From an uncultured bacterium (GTDB lineage Bacteria; B130-G9): a stretch of DNA of 32,575 bases. A model generated the notes under the pieces. That model was not told the DNA's origin. It worked only from the letters and a program-made list of their open reading frames with translations, and did no database searches. Of this stretch, positions 8,204 through 17,275 are shown piece after piece. Numbering within the stretch: position 1 is the stretch's first letter; each line of letters begins with the position of its first letter. Both the position numbers and the translations under genes were made by a program. The stretch is from assembly GCA_965372715.1 (NCBI GenBank), contig CBDVDH010000046.1:1-32575 (forward strand), read 5' to 3'.

Positions 8204-9412
8204 ATGATCATGAGTAGGAATGGCCTGACCGGTTTGGTTGCGATCGCATTTGCCTTCGTCGCTCTGTTCGCAATCTGCGCGTATGGTTCCGAAGAAGAGT
8301 TACGGCAGATACAGGAAGCCCTTAGACAAAAGGGCGATCCCTGGGTCGCTTCTATGAATCCCATATCAGAGATGCCGCTCGACGAACGACGCGGAGTCTC
8401 TGGAGCTTTGACTCGCAGTGAGTCCGAGCTCCGGCGTGGAAGGGTACCCCGTTTTCGGCCAATGGATTTACCCAGTCATTTCGATTGGCGCGACAACAAC
8501 GGCAATTGGGTGACATCTGTCAAATATCAAGGGGCCTGTTCGTGCTGCTGGGATTTCGCGGCCACAGCATCAGTTGAGTCTGGCACTATCATTAAACACA
8601 ATCGCCCCGGTTATGACTATGATCTTTCAGAGCAACACATTCTTTCCTGCGCAAACGCGGGCGACTGTGACTACGGATATCCCTCCGATGCGCTGAGCTA
8701 CTACATGTCGGACGGAAGTCCCGACGAGGACTGCTTCCCTTATGAGGCGGATGACTCCATTCCTTGCTCTCAAAGCTGTTCCGACTGGCGATCCCGAGCT
8801 CAGAAGATAGAAAGCTGGGAGTGGGTCACTCGTGATAGCGCCAACGTTGAGGCTATAAAGGCAGCGGTCTATCAGTATCCCGTCACTTGCAGAATGGAGC
8901 TTTATGATGATTTTTATTACTATATGGATGGGATCTATGAATATAGCTGGGGGAGTTATAACGGGACCCACATTGTCTTAATAATTGGATGGGATGAAGA
9001 CGAGCAATACTGGATCGCCAAGAACTCATGGGGGACGTGGTGGGGAGAGGACGGGTTCTTTAGGATCAGGTGGGGCGAGGTCAGTTTTGGGACCTATTCT
9101 ATACTGATCGAGCCAAGCGACGACACCCCCTGGTATGGCCCGGAGCTGCGCGACCCTACGTACTCACCAAAGTCAGGCCGGACCGACACAAAGTTCACCT
9201 TCACAGTTCATTACTACCACGCTGGCGGCCAGGCGCCGAGCAGGATACAGGTGTTCGTGAACGACGCGCCTCACGACATGACGCTCGATTCGGGCACCGC
9301 CGACAATGGAACTTATAGCTGGACTGGGCTCATCCCCGAGGGTGGGCTGGCACAATATCACTTCGAGGCGGAAGACAGCTACGGTAGCTCTGCTATCTGC
9401 CTCCGTCGTTGA
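8204..9412 (+). CDS. Secreted papain-family (C1A) cysteine protease with C-terminal beta-rich domain
   Basis: Signal peptide; LPSHFDWRD, QGACSCCWDF (catalytic Cys), LSEQHILSC, THIVLIIGW (His), KNSWGTWWGEDGFFRI (Asn). Confidence 0.93.
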   Translation: MIMSRNGLTGLVAIAFAFVALFAICAYGSEEELRQIQEALRQKGDPWVASMNPISEMPLDERRGVSGALTRSESELRRGRVPRFRPMDLPSHFDWRDNNGNWVTSVKYQGACSCCWDFAATASVESGTIIKHNRPGYDYDLSEQHILSCANAGDCDYGYPSDALSYYMSDGSPDEDCFPYEADDSIPCSQSCSDWRSRAQKIESWEWVTRDSANVEAIKAAVYQYPVTCRMELYDDFYYYMDGIYEYSWGSYNGTHIVLIIGWDEDEQYWIAKNSWGTWWGEDGFFRIRWGEVSFGTYSILIEPSDDTPWYGPELRDPTYSPKSGRTDTKFTFTVHYYHAGGQAPSRIQVFVNDAPHDMTLDSGTADNGTYSWTGLIPEGGLAQYHFEAEDSYGSSAICLRR

Positions 9413-9470
9413 GCGGAGACAAGCCAAGGAGCGCCGAGGTAGAGGGCTGGTGAAGTAGGGGATACTGGAA

Positions 9471-10691
9471 ATGACAACACGATTAAGACTTGTCTCACCT
9501 CCTGCCGCTGCTGAACAGGGCCGGACAAAGACAAAAAAGCACTCAATCTTCGCTGAGATTTGCGATCAGGTAAATATCCCTGTTGAGAAAGCATGGTTGT
9601 CAGAAGGAAGCACGGTGACAGCGGAAGGTCTGGAGGCAGTTCTCACTAGCGTGGCGAAGGGGACAGGCACTCCGCCAAAGCACTTATCTGCTCACGAGAA
9701 GCTTGTGTGGAGATTGCTCCACAAAAGCACAGAGGCGATGATTCTGGCGCTCGAAGTGATTAACAAGCCATCAATCTCATATCGGCTGGAGTGCTCTCTC
9801 TTGCTTCTGCTCAATGCCTGGGAATCCCTTCTCAAAGCGAGGATAGTCCAACTGGAGAGTGATACTCAAGCGATCAATCAGGAGGATAACCCGAAGAGAA
9901 CGATACCGTTCTTAAAGGCTCTCAGGAGCATTTTCGTTTCCGAGAAGGATGTCATCAGAATGAATCTTGAGAGACTTTACGATCTCCGAAATGACGCGGC
10001 ACACCTTTTCATTTCGGTAGTGCCTGCGGAACCAGTGCTGATGTTTCAGGCCGCCGTTTTCAATTATGAGGAACAGTTGAATATATGGTTCGAAAGATCT
10101 CTCTGCGATGGGATACCGCTGGGGATGATGTTCTTAGTCCCGAACATAGATGCCGCCATACATTCGGTTGATTCTCCCGTGCTAACTAGAAATCTCTCGC
10201 CTGAGAGTCTCGCGTATCTAAGGGAATGGCAGGAGAGCTTCAGGAACGACCTCGATTCAATTCCCGAGAATCAGATGGGCTCTTATGTTGTCCCGCTGGA
10301 CATCAGGCTTTCAGTAGTGAACAACCCCAAGAAAGCCGATGTGTTGGCTTACTTGGACTCCCTGGGAGCGCCCCAATCAGCAGTTGCTGTCAGGTTTCAG
10401 CACTTGACTGATAAATATCCCCTAACCTATAAGGAGGATTTGGTACCCCAGGTGAAGATGGCAATGCCGGAGGTCAGTCAAACGCACATAAACTACGTGA
10501 TCAAGCGCTTCAATATGAAGAACAACCGAGAATACGCCGACTATAACCCGTGGTCTAAGAGGCTCCGGGAGAGGTACCAACAGACCGGCGAACTGCCCAA
10601 AGGCACACCGAGCATTTATAACCAGAAAGCTGTGGAGTTCATCCTTGAGAAGCTGAGGGACGATGAAGTTAGAGGAGCGCTGGGCTTATGA
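9471..10691 (+). CDS. DUF3644-domain (HEPN-like) protein
   Basis: LLHKSTEAMILALEVINKP..YRLE...LLLNAWESLLKA matches the DUF3644 pattern; RNDAAH fits the HEPN R-x4-H motif; visibly more AT-rich than the backbone. Confidence 0.8.
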   Translation: MTTRLRLVSPPAAAEQGRTKTKKHSIFAEICDQVNIPVEKAWLSEGSTVTAEGLEAVLTSVAKGTGTPPKHLSAHEKLVWRLLHKSTEAMILALEVINKPSISYRLECSLLLLLNAWESLLKARIVQLESDTQAINQEDNPKRTIPFLKALRSIFVSEKDVIRMNLERLYDLRNDAAHLFISVVPAEPVLMFQAAVFNYEEQLNIWFERSLCDGIPLGMMFLVPNIDAAIHSVDSPVLTRNLSPESLAYLREWQESFRNDLDSIPENQMGSYVVPLDIRLSVVNNPKKADVLAYLDSLGAPQSAVAVRFQHLTDKYPLTYKEDLVPQVKMAMPEVSQTHINYVIKRFNMKNNREYADYNPWSKRLRERYQQTGELPKGTPSIYNQKAVEFILEKLRDDEVRGALGL

Positions 10692-10871
10692 TACGGTCGC
10701 GTAGCGGGTCCGTCTGATTCAGACGTTCAGCGCAACAGGAGGCACCGCCTCAGGTTCTTGAGGGGGCCAAGTAGCGAGTATCTGGTTCTGTTGAGGGCCT
10801 TGCGATAGAGCATTTGGAGCTTCTCCGGGGGGACCTCGTCAAGCCGCGTGCATGGGTCGCGGCGACGGGAC

Positions 10872-12083
10872 TTATTCGGCCGCCAGCTGCCGTCTGATGA
10901 GGCGCTCCATGCCGTTGACCATCGCTTCCCATGACTTGCCCTGGGCTGCTTCTTGAAGCATCGCCCTGTGTTCTGGACCGAGGCTTAGACAGCGGTTTAT
11001 AGCGTCGTCGAATGAGGCGGGGCTGTCGTAGAACTCGACTAGGTCCGGGTAGTCTGCCACGACGTCAGGCACGCGGGATGACACAACCGGTAGGGCGGCG
11101 CTCAAATACTCCAGCGTCTTTGTCGGGCTGATCTTCATCGTGAGCTCCGTAATGGCAAACGGCATCATCGCGACGTCAAACGCCTTCATAAACCCTGCGA
11201 GCTCGGCGTAAGGCTTCGCGCCGAGGTAAAAGACGTTTGGCATCCCGAACAGCCGCTCTGGATTGACTTTCAACAGCGGGCCAATTAGGACGAACGACCA
11301 ACCGGGGTGCGCTCCTGCGCTTGCCTCGAGCAAGTCGTAGTCGAGGCGCTCATCCACGGCGCCTACGTAGCCGATAATAGGACGTGGGATTGCCTTCATC
11401 TCGTCGGAGATCGTGGTGTCCGGGGCAGTTGCCTTCGCGAAATGCTCAAACTCAACGCCGCATGGGAAGAGATGCACGTTCGGGTTGAACTCCTTTTTGG
11501 CCTCAAAGAGCGAGCGGCCACCGGCGAAGATGATGTCGGCTCGCTTTAGCACCCGTCGTTCAAACTGCTGCGTCTCGGGCTCCGAGTGCACGAACGCCTG
11601 GAACTCGTCCATGCAGTCATATACCACTAGGTCGGGGCTCAAGAGATCGAGTATCCGTAGGTCCCTGGGATGATACAGCCACAGAACCAGAGGTCCAGTA
11701 TCCGCGCGCCGTCGGGCGCCTTTTCTTATCATCGAGGCCACCTTGCGGGTGTAAAGCCGCCGGTTGACGCTCCTGAAAAGAAGCGCCTTGCCGGTCATCG
11801 GCAAGAACGGGACGTAGCTCACCTGGACGTTTGCATCCGGCGAAAACGTGTAGCAGAACGTCGAGGTTCTCGGCAGCGACCAGAACGCCTTGGTGGGGAC
11901 CTGGCAGAAATACTCTACCGGATGGCGCCTCGCCAGCCGGCTCATGACCTGCTGCGGTCGTTGGAACAGGTTCTTGTCCCAAATCAGATGAGAGAGGCAC
12001 GCGATTGAGAATAGCACGTCGGGGGCATGCCGCTCACCTCTTGACTGCGACTCCGGATGCCGCAGCCCGTAGGGGCGGCTCAC
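10872..12083 (-). CDS. GT-B (GT4/TuaH-like) glycosyltransferase; start uncertain
   Basis: FQRPQQVMSRLA, VVYDCMDEF, PIIGYVGAVDERLD, SPTKTLEYLSAALPVVS. Confidence 0.92.
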   Translation of the reverse strand: MSRPYGLRHPESQSRGERHAPDVLFSIACLSHLIWDKNLFQRPQQVMSRLARRHPVEYFCQVPTKAFWSLPRTSTFCYTFSPDANVQVSYVPFLPMTGKALLFRSVNRRLYTRKVASMIRKGARRRADTGPLVLWLYHPRDLRILDLLSPDLVVYDCMDEFQAFVHSEPETQQFERRVLKRADIIFAGGRSLFEAKKEFNPNVHLFPCGVEFEHFAKATAPDTTISDEMKAIPRPIIGYVGAVDERLDYDLLEASAGAHPGWSFVLIGPLLKVNPERLFGMPNVFYLGAKPYAELAGFMKAFDVAMMPFAITELTMKISPTKTLEYLSAALPVVSSRVPDVVADYPDLVEFYDSPASFDDAINRCLSLGPEHRAMLQEAAQGKSWEAMVNGMERLIRRQLAAE

Positions 12084-12142
12084 GAGCCGCCCTTTTCCGG
12101 ATTGACGGAACTGGCATAGGGCGGTTCGTGAACCGCCCCTAC
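12069..12142. repeat. REP doublet, 74 bp, overlapping the ribF 3' end
   Basis: Near-identical to 2557-2630, including the spacer (ttttccggattgacggaactggcata vs tttttgggattgaccgaactgacata). Confidence 0.92.
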
Positions 12143-13099
12143 AACCGAACTGCTGCTCTCCAGGCGTTCCTGGTCCTGAAGATGAAAAAACTCCCTGGCC
12201 ACGTCGATATCGGAGCAGATCTGCCTGATGAGCTCCTCTCTCGAGGCGTAGCGATGCTCAGCTCTTATTCTCTTTAGAAAGGCTATCTTGACGGATTCGC
12301 CGTAAAGGTCTATCCGGTGGTCGAGTATGTGGGTTTCGATGGAGGTTGTCTCCGAGAAGAACGTCGGGTGATGCCCGACATTGGTTACCGAATGGTACGT
12401 TCGCCCGTCAACGTCGGATTGGGTTATGTACACACCATTTTGCGGCAGAAGCGTCTCAATGGCGACCAGATTCGCCGTCGGGAAGCCGAGCCCGTGGCCC
12501 CTGCCGGAACATCTATCCACCGTTCCCGTAATCGAATAGGGCCGGCCCAGAAGACAACTTGCCAGACCGATGTCCCCGTTGAGGAGGCACTCCCTTATTT
12601 TGGTGCTGCTCACGATGGTCCCATCCACCTCCTGACGAGGGACCTCAATCACGTCGAAGCCGAACCTGCTTCCAATCTCCTGTAAGAAAGCGAGATTGCC
12701 CTCCTTGTTGCGACCGAGAGAGTAACGAGGACCGACGACAAGTGCCGCTATCCGAAGGTCATCGTGTAGGACCTTCTTTACGAAATCACGGGCACTCGTC
12801 CCTGCCAGCGCGTCGTCGAACCTCAGCCTGAAGAGAAGCTCGATGCCGCTCTGTTCAATCAGCGCCGCCCTGTCCTTCAACGTGGTCAACAGCTTGATGT
12901 CGGGGTTCTTGAGAAGAACCTTGAGCGGATGGGGCACAAAAGTAATCGCGCCTGGGACGCCCCCCAGCTCCTTCGCCGTCTTGACCACCGCGGCAAGCAG
13001 TGCTCGATGCGCCAAATGGACGCCGTCGAAGTTGCCGATCGTCAGAACGAGCGGTTTGACTCGCTTGTTCGAGAACTTCGTGGACTCAAGAATCTGCAT
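12080..13099 (-). CDS. ribF: Bifunctional riboflavin kinase / FAD synthetase
   Basis: TIGNFDGVHLAH, VSSTKIR, GRGHGLGFPTAN, NVGHHPTF, IETHILD. Confidence 0.97.
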   Translation of the reverse strand: MQILESTKFSNKRVKPLVLTIGNFDGVHLAHRALLAAVVKTAKELGGVPGAITFVPHPLKVLLKNPDIKLLTTLKDRAALIEQSGIELLFRLRFDDALAGTSARDFVKKVLHDDLRIAALVVGPRYSLGRNKEGNLAFLQEIGSRFGFDVIEVPRQEVDGTIVSSTKIRECLLNGDIGLASCLLGRPYSITGTVDRCSGRGHGLGFPTANLVAIETLLPQNGVYITQSDVDGRTYHSVTNVGHHPTFFSETTSIETHILDHRIDLYGESVKIAFLKRIRAEHRYASREELIRQICSDIDVAREFFHLQDQERLESSSSVVGAVHEPPYASSVNPEKGGS

Positions 13100-14324
13100 T
13101 TCTACCTCTTGTGCTCATAGACACTATGCCCACAACAAGTAGTATGATACAAGCTCCGGATGCCGCTGCAAGCACGTGCCACGCCTTCCACCCACGAAAG
13201 ACGAGATCGTGATGGTAGCTCACGAAACCCGCGATGTCATAGTTCCCATACTCTTTGCGCATCCGTTCAGCGTCCCAGCCCCTCCATTCCCCCAAATCTG
13301 TGTATCCAGCGTAGTAGATGCGCCGAATCTGCTCCTCGCAGAACGCCTCCCAATACTGTTCCTGTCGCACGAGCTTGTCTCGCTCTGCTCGGTGTTTCCT
13401 CGCCTCTGTCTCGTAAAAGTCCTCCGCCGCCCAGTAGCCCTTGATGGCCGCTGACGCAACCGATCCGCCGCGAGGCAACAAAGGCCCGGATGTGGCTCTG
13501 TCGCTGCGCCTCAAGAGCTCCTTTTTTGGATAGAGCGAGTAGAAAACGCCGCATCTCTCGTCATCGATTCCGTAGCCGATATGAAAACCCAACATGAACG
13601 TGGCGGTGGCTATCACTGAAGCGGCCATCAGGATGAGGATTGGACTCAACTGCTTTGGCCTTGACCTTCCCGAGAGCACGCGAGGCGAGAAGACGAGTCT
13701 GATGGCAAAGATCGCCAGCCCAGCCACGAGGGCGTTGATATGAATGTCCCTGAACTCGCCGACGCGCCGCGCGATGTAGCCTTGAACCGCCTCATCGCCC
13801 AGGCCGACGAGGTACATCGCGATGAACGCCACGATGTATGCCGCATAGCCCTTAGCCGAGACTGACACGGCCCTCAGCACTAGTATTGTGATGAGGCTGT
13901 ATTCAAACAGGTGGATGAACTCGATTATCCGAACGCCTTGCGCGGGATTGGTGCAGATCGCGTGAAAAAGCCCGAAATAGTAGAGAACGACGCAGACGGC
14001 CGAGAGCGCGATCTTTCTAAGCACGATCTTTCCAACGGAGGGGGATTTCCGCGACCCATGGGAATTGGCCGAGCGAGCTCTCTTCAGCTCCAGCCAAATG
14101 CCTGAAGTCAGCAACGCCAGGCCCAGAGCAGCTATGGTCGCTTTGAATATCACGTCGAAGTGGTCCTGAAGGCTCCTTCTGAGCAGGACCTGCATCTCCC
14201 GGACGTATGGGGCGGAGGCAAAGAGCGCGACCACAGAGGCGGCAGTAATGCTCCACCATAGCCACAGATTGCGGATTGCGGATTGCGGATTGCGGATTGC
14301 GGGTCTGAGCCCTTTGTATTCCAT
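13086..14324 (-). CDS. Membrane protein with VanZ-like domain
   Basis: Multiple TM segments; HLFEYSLI...GLGDEAVQGYIARRVGEFRDIHIN fits the VanZ pattern. Confidence 0.75.
   Translation of the reverse strand: MEYKGLRPAIRNPQSAIRNLWLWWSITAASVVALFASAPYVREMQVLLRRSLQDHFDVIFKATIAALGLALLTSGIWLELKRARSANSHGSRKSPSVGKIVLRKIALSAVCVVLYYFGLFHAICTNPAQGVRIIEFIHLFEYSLITILVLRAVSVSAKGYAAYIVAFIAMYLVGLGDEAVQGYIARRVGEFRDIHINALVAGLAIFAIRLVFSPRVLSGRSRPKQLSPILILMAASVIATATFMLGFHIGYGIDDERCGVFYSLYPKKELLRRSDRATSGPLLPRGGSVASAAIKGYWAAEDFYETEARKHRAERDKLVRQEQYWEAFCEEQIRRIYYAGYTDLGEWRGWDAERMRKEYGNYDIAGFVSYHHDLVFRGWKAWHVLAAASGACIILLVVGIVSMSTRGRNADS
14267..14301. repeat. Perfect (GATTGCG)x5 tract in the 5' end of the VanZ-like ORF
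   Basis: Read directly; encodes AIRNPQSAIRN on the minus strand. Confidence 0.95.
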
Positions 14325-14326
14325 GG

Positions 14327-14354
14327 ACTTTGAACTCGGAACTTTGAACTTGGA
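14327..14354. repeat. Heptamer repeat (ACTTTGA-like)x4, reverse complement of the 3426 family
   Basis: actttga actcgga actttga acttgga. Confidence 0.8.
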
Positions 14355-14364
14355 ACCCCTGGGG

Positions 14365-15195
14365 TTACGGCTGGACGAAATCCATCGATATGTCGCAGGC
14401 CGGCGCCGAGTGCGTCAACCGCCCTATCGAAATGAGATCGACCCCCGCCTTGGCGACCTCAAGCACGTTTTGAAGCGTGATATTGCCCGACGCCTCGACC
14501 GTCGCGCGACCATCGATGAGCCTGACTGCCTCCGCGATCATCTCCGGCGCCATGTTGTCCAGAAGAATCGCATCAGCGCCCGCGTCGAGCGCCTCGCGGA
14601 CACCGTCTAGGCTCTCGACCTCAACCTCGACGCTGAGCATGTGATGAGGGCGGCGCTTGGCCGATTCGAGCGCCTTCGCGATCGAGCCGGCCATCGTAAT
14701 GTGGTTGTCCTTGATGAGGACGCCATCGGCGAGCGACATCCTATGATTTGTGCCGCCGCCGTGAACGACTGCCTGTTTCTGAAGTAATCGCAAGCCTGGG
14801 ACAGTCTTTCTAGTATCGAGGATTTTGGCCGATGTGCCCTCGATGGCATCACAGAACTTGCGGGTGAGCGTTGCGACGCCACAAAGCTGCTGGAGCAGGT
14901 TGAGAGCGACCCTTTCGCCGGCGAGGATGCTCACGGCTGGCCCCGAAAGCTCAGCGATCACGGCGCCCTCATTCGCCTCGTCGCCGTCGTCGATGTCAAA
15001 CTCCACGGAAACCGCCGGGTCGATCATCTCGAAAACTCGGGCGGCGGCCAACGACCCTGAGAGCACGAGTCTCTGCCGTGCGGTTATTCTCGCCTCGGCG
15101 AAAAGATGAGACGGCAGGACAGCCTTGCTCGTCACGTCCTCGAGGCAGGCGTCCTCCTTGAGCGCAAGCGCGACGATCTTGTCAACTGGGTCCAT
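14365..15195 (-). CDS. nadC: Nicotinate-nucleotide diphosphorylase (carboxylating) / quinolinate phosphoribosyltransferase
   Basis: GERVALNLLQ, LDTRKTVPGLR, NHRMSLADGVLIKDNH, EVEVES, ILLDNM, EASGNIT. Confidence 0.97.
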   Translation of the reverse strand: MDPVDKIVALALKEDACLEDVTSKAVLPSHLFAEARITARQRLVLSGSLAAARVFEMIDPAVSVEFDIDDGDEANEGAVIAELSGPAVSILAGERVALNLLQQLCGVATLTRKFCDAIEGTSAKILDTRKTVPGLRLLQKQAVVHGGGTNHRMSLADGVLIKDNHITMAGSIAKALESAKRRPHHMLSVEVEVESLDGVREALDAGADAILLDNMAPEMIAEAVRLIDGRATVEASGNITLQNVLEVAKAGVDLISIGRLTHSAPACDISMDFVQP

Positions 15196-15952
15196 TTAAC
15201 CTTTTGCCACTCTCTAATTGCCCAAGCCGGCTTTCCAACAGCCCGGCAACCTCGTCAACGGCATCCCTGCTGGACCCCGACACGACTATCGTAACCGTCC
15301 ACCTGCCATCGTCGTGCATCTTGGGATAGGAGCCTATCGAAACGTCCGGGCGCTTGGGCAGTGAATACAGGACCTGGGAAAACTCAGATTCGGGGAGATA
15401 CGCCGGTATCTCCCTCTCAAAGAACTCCGTCGTTTCGAGACTTGGTAGAATCTCGTCGAACATCTCCTGCATTAGTTGCGGGACACCGGGAAACACGAAG
15501 ACATTCTCAATGCGAAAGCCCGGCGCCGCGAAGCTGCGGTTTCGTATGAGCTCAGAGCCTTCCGGCAGCCGTGCCATGGCAAGCCGGTATGGATTCATGT
15601 TTTCCCTGTAGCGCTCCCTTATTATCCGCTCGGCCTCCGGATTGGTGGCAAGTCCTCGATTAAAAGCCGTGGCCACAGCCTGCCGGGTAACGTCATCAGG
15701 CGTCGGGCCTATCCCGCCGGTGACTATGACATAGTCGTGCTCCCGCGAGAGGTCCCGCACGGTCTGGGCTATCTTCTCCTCAACGTCAGCAATCGTTGCT
15801 ATGCATCCAACCCGGATACCTAACTCATACAGCTTCTTCGCTATCCAGTGGGAGTTCGTGTCAAGCGTGCGCCCGCACAGTATCTCGTTGCCAACTATTA
15901 TGATTGAGGCGCTCTTGGGTTCCTTGCTACAGTTGGTCATTGGTCCGGCCAT
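15182..15952 (-). CDS. CinA N-terminal / molybdopterin-binding-domain protein (COG1058-like pyrophosphatase), no PncC domain
   Basis: IIVGNEILCGRTLDTNS, TGGIGPTPDDVT, APGF, FPGVP, IGSYP. Confidence 0.9.
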   Translation of the reverse strand: MAGPMTNCSKEPKSASIIIVGNEILCGRTLDTNSHWIAKKLYELGIRVGCIATIADVEEKIAQTVRDLSREHDYVIVTGGIGPTPDDVTRQAVATAFNRGLATNPEAERIIRERYRENMNPYRLAMARLPEGSELIRNRSFAAPGFRIENVFVFPGVPQLMQEMFDEILPSLETTEFFEREIPAYLPESEFSQVLYSLPKRPDVSIGSYPKMHDDGRWTVTIVVSGSSRDAVDEVAGLLESRLGQLESGKRLNGPS

Positions 15953-15961
15953 TGATATAGC

Positions 15962-17275
15962 TCAAATGTCGAGTATCCACTCATGGTCAGGTCTGAAAAC
16001 GCCCATCTCAGTCCGCTCAGACCGAACAGCAAATGTGAAAAGCCGATTGAGATAGTCGTAGGGATGATCGTTCTCCGCGTGTGCCGCCACGTCTAGGTAA
16101 TAGGACGCGGAAAGAAGCGCAAGCCGATCGAGCCTCATGACAATCCTGCCCTGGCCGTCCGCGCTTTCGAGATTCAGTTGGTCGATCATCGTGTTTGTGC
16201 CGTAGCACCACGTGCCGTCCGTCCTGAAGATGCCGATGCCAAACACGGGCTTTTCTATCCTCTTGTGCGCCACGTATGCAATCTCAATGAACACAGTGTC
16301 GCCGCAGTTGAAAACGTATCGTTCCTGGCCCTCTTCGTTGCGCATGACGACGGCGGTTATCTCGATCTCGCGGCTGCCCCAACGCTGCGCCGGCTCGACC
16401 GGCCTCGACGGCGCCGCCGCCTTGTAGGGCAGTTTCGGCTCTTGCTCAACGGCCTTTGCCCCAGCACTGGCCATACTTTCGACGCTTTCGTCATGCTCCC
16501 TCGCGTAGCGCTCAAGCTCGCTCTCGGTTACCTCCTGCAGATACTTGCTCACTACGCGGGTCGTGTCGCCATATTCCATCAGCTCACCCTGGTGCAGCCA
16601 GGCCACCTCGTCACACAGCCGGCGTATCGCCCCAAGGTCGTGCGACACAATGATAATCGTCTTGCCTCGGCGCTTGTAATCGTAGATCTTGTCGTAGCAC
16701 TTCTGAGCGAACACCGCGTCACCAACGGCAAGGACCTCGTCTATTAGCAGTATGTCGGGATCAACGTTCACCGCGACCGAGAACCCCAGCCGCATGAACA
16801 TCCCGCTGGAATAGGTTTTGACGGGATAGTCGATGAACTTCTCAAGCTCGGCAAACGCCACAATCTCGTCGAATTGCTCCCGTATCTGGGCCTTCGACAG
16901 CCCGAGAATCGCGCCATTTATGTAAACGTTCTCCCGGCCGCTTATCTCGGGGTGGAATCCCGCTCCGATCTCGAGAAGCGTTGAGATTTTGCCGCTGACC
17001 GTGACCGAGCCGCTCGTCGGCTTCGTGATTCCGGCGATTACGCGAAGCAGCGTGCTTTTGCCCGAGGCATTGAGCCCGATGATGCCGGCCGTAACACCGG
17101 GTTTTACATTCAAGCTCACGTCCTTCAAAGCGACGTTGAACTTGTCCTCGTCCGGAATAGGCGGCCTTCGCCAGAGGTCCCGAACCGCCGCGCCCTTGAG
17201 CGTCTTGAAATGCCTCAGACGCGCGAACCGCCTGTAGGACTTCGATACGTGCTTCAGCTCGACCGCGACCTGCAT
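15962..17275 (-). CDS. wzt: Polysaccharide ABC exporter ATPase with C-terminal carbohydrate-binding (Wzt_C) domain
   Basis: GLNASGKST, GFHPEISGRENV, YSSGMFMRLGFS, LLIDEVLAVGD; C-terminal RWGSREIEIT...FGIGI...YGTNT. Confidence 0.93.
   Translation of the reverse strand: MQVAVELKHVSKSYRRFARLRHFKTLKGAAVRDLWRRPPIPDEDKFNVALKDVSLNVKPGVTAGIIGLNASGKSTLLRVIAGITKPTSGSVTVSGKISTLLEIGAGFHPEISGRENVYINGAILGLSKAQIREQFDEIVAFAELEKFIDYPVKTYSSGMFMRLGFSVAVNVDPDILLIDEVLAVGDAVFAQKCYDKIYDYKRRGKTIIIVSHDLGAIRRLCDEVAWLHQGELMEYGDTTRVVSKYLQEVTESELERYAREHDESVESMASAGAKAVEQEPKLPYKAAAPSRPVEPAQRWGSREIEITAVVMRNEEGQERYVFNCGDTVFIEIAYVAHKRIEKPVFGIGIFRTDGTWCYGTNTMIDQLNLESADGQGRIVMRLDRLALLSASYYLDVAAHAENDHPYDYLNRLFTFAVRSERTEMGVFRPDHEWILDI

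Noticed and set aside
6400-10871. Integron cassette array
   Set aside because: There is no integrase, and I found no convincing RYYYAAC...GTTRRRY attC sites between the accessory genes.
10692-10871. Small hairpins between the convergent DUF3644 and GT genes as ncRNA or att site
   Set aside because: Short GC stems are expected by chance or as terminators, and I saw no matching direct repeat at the other island border.
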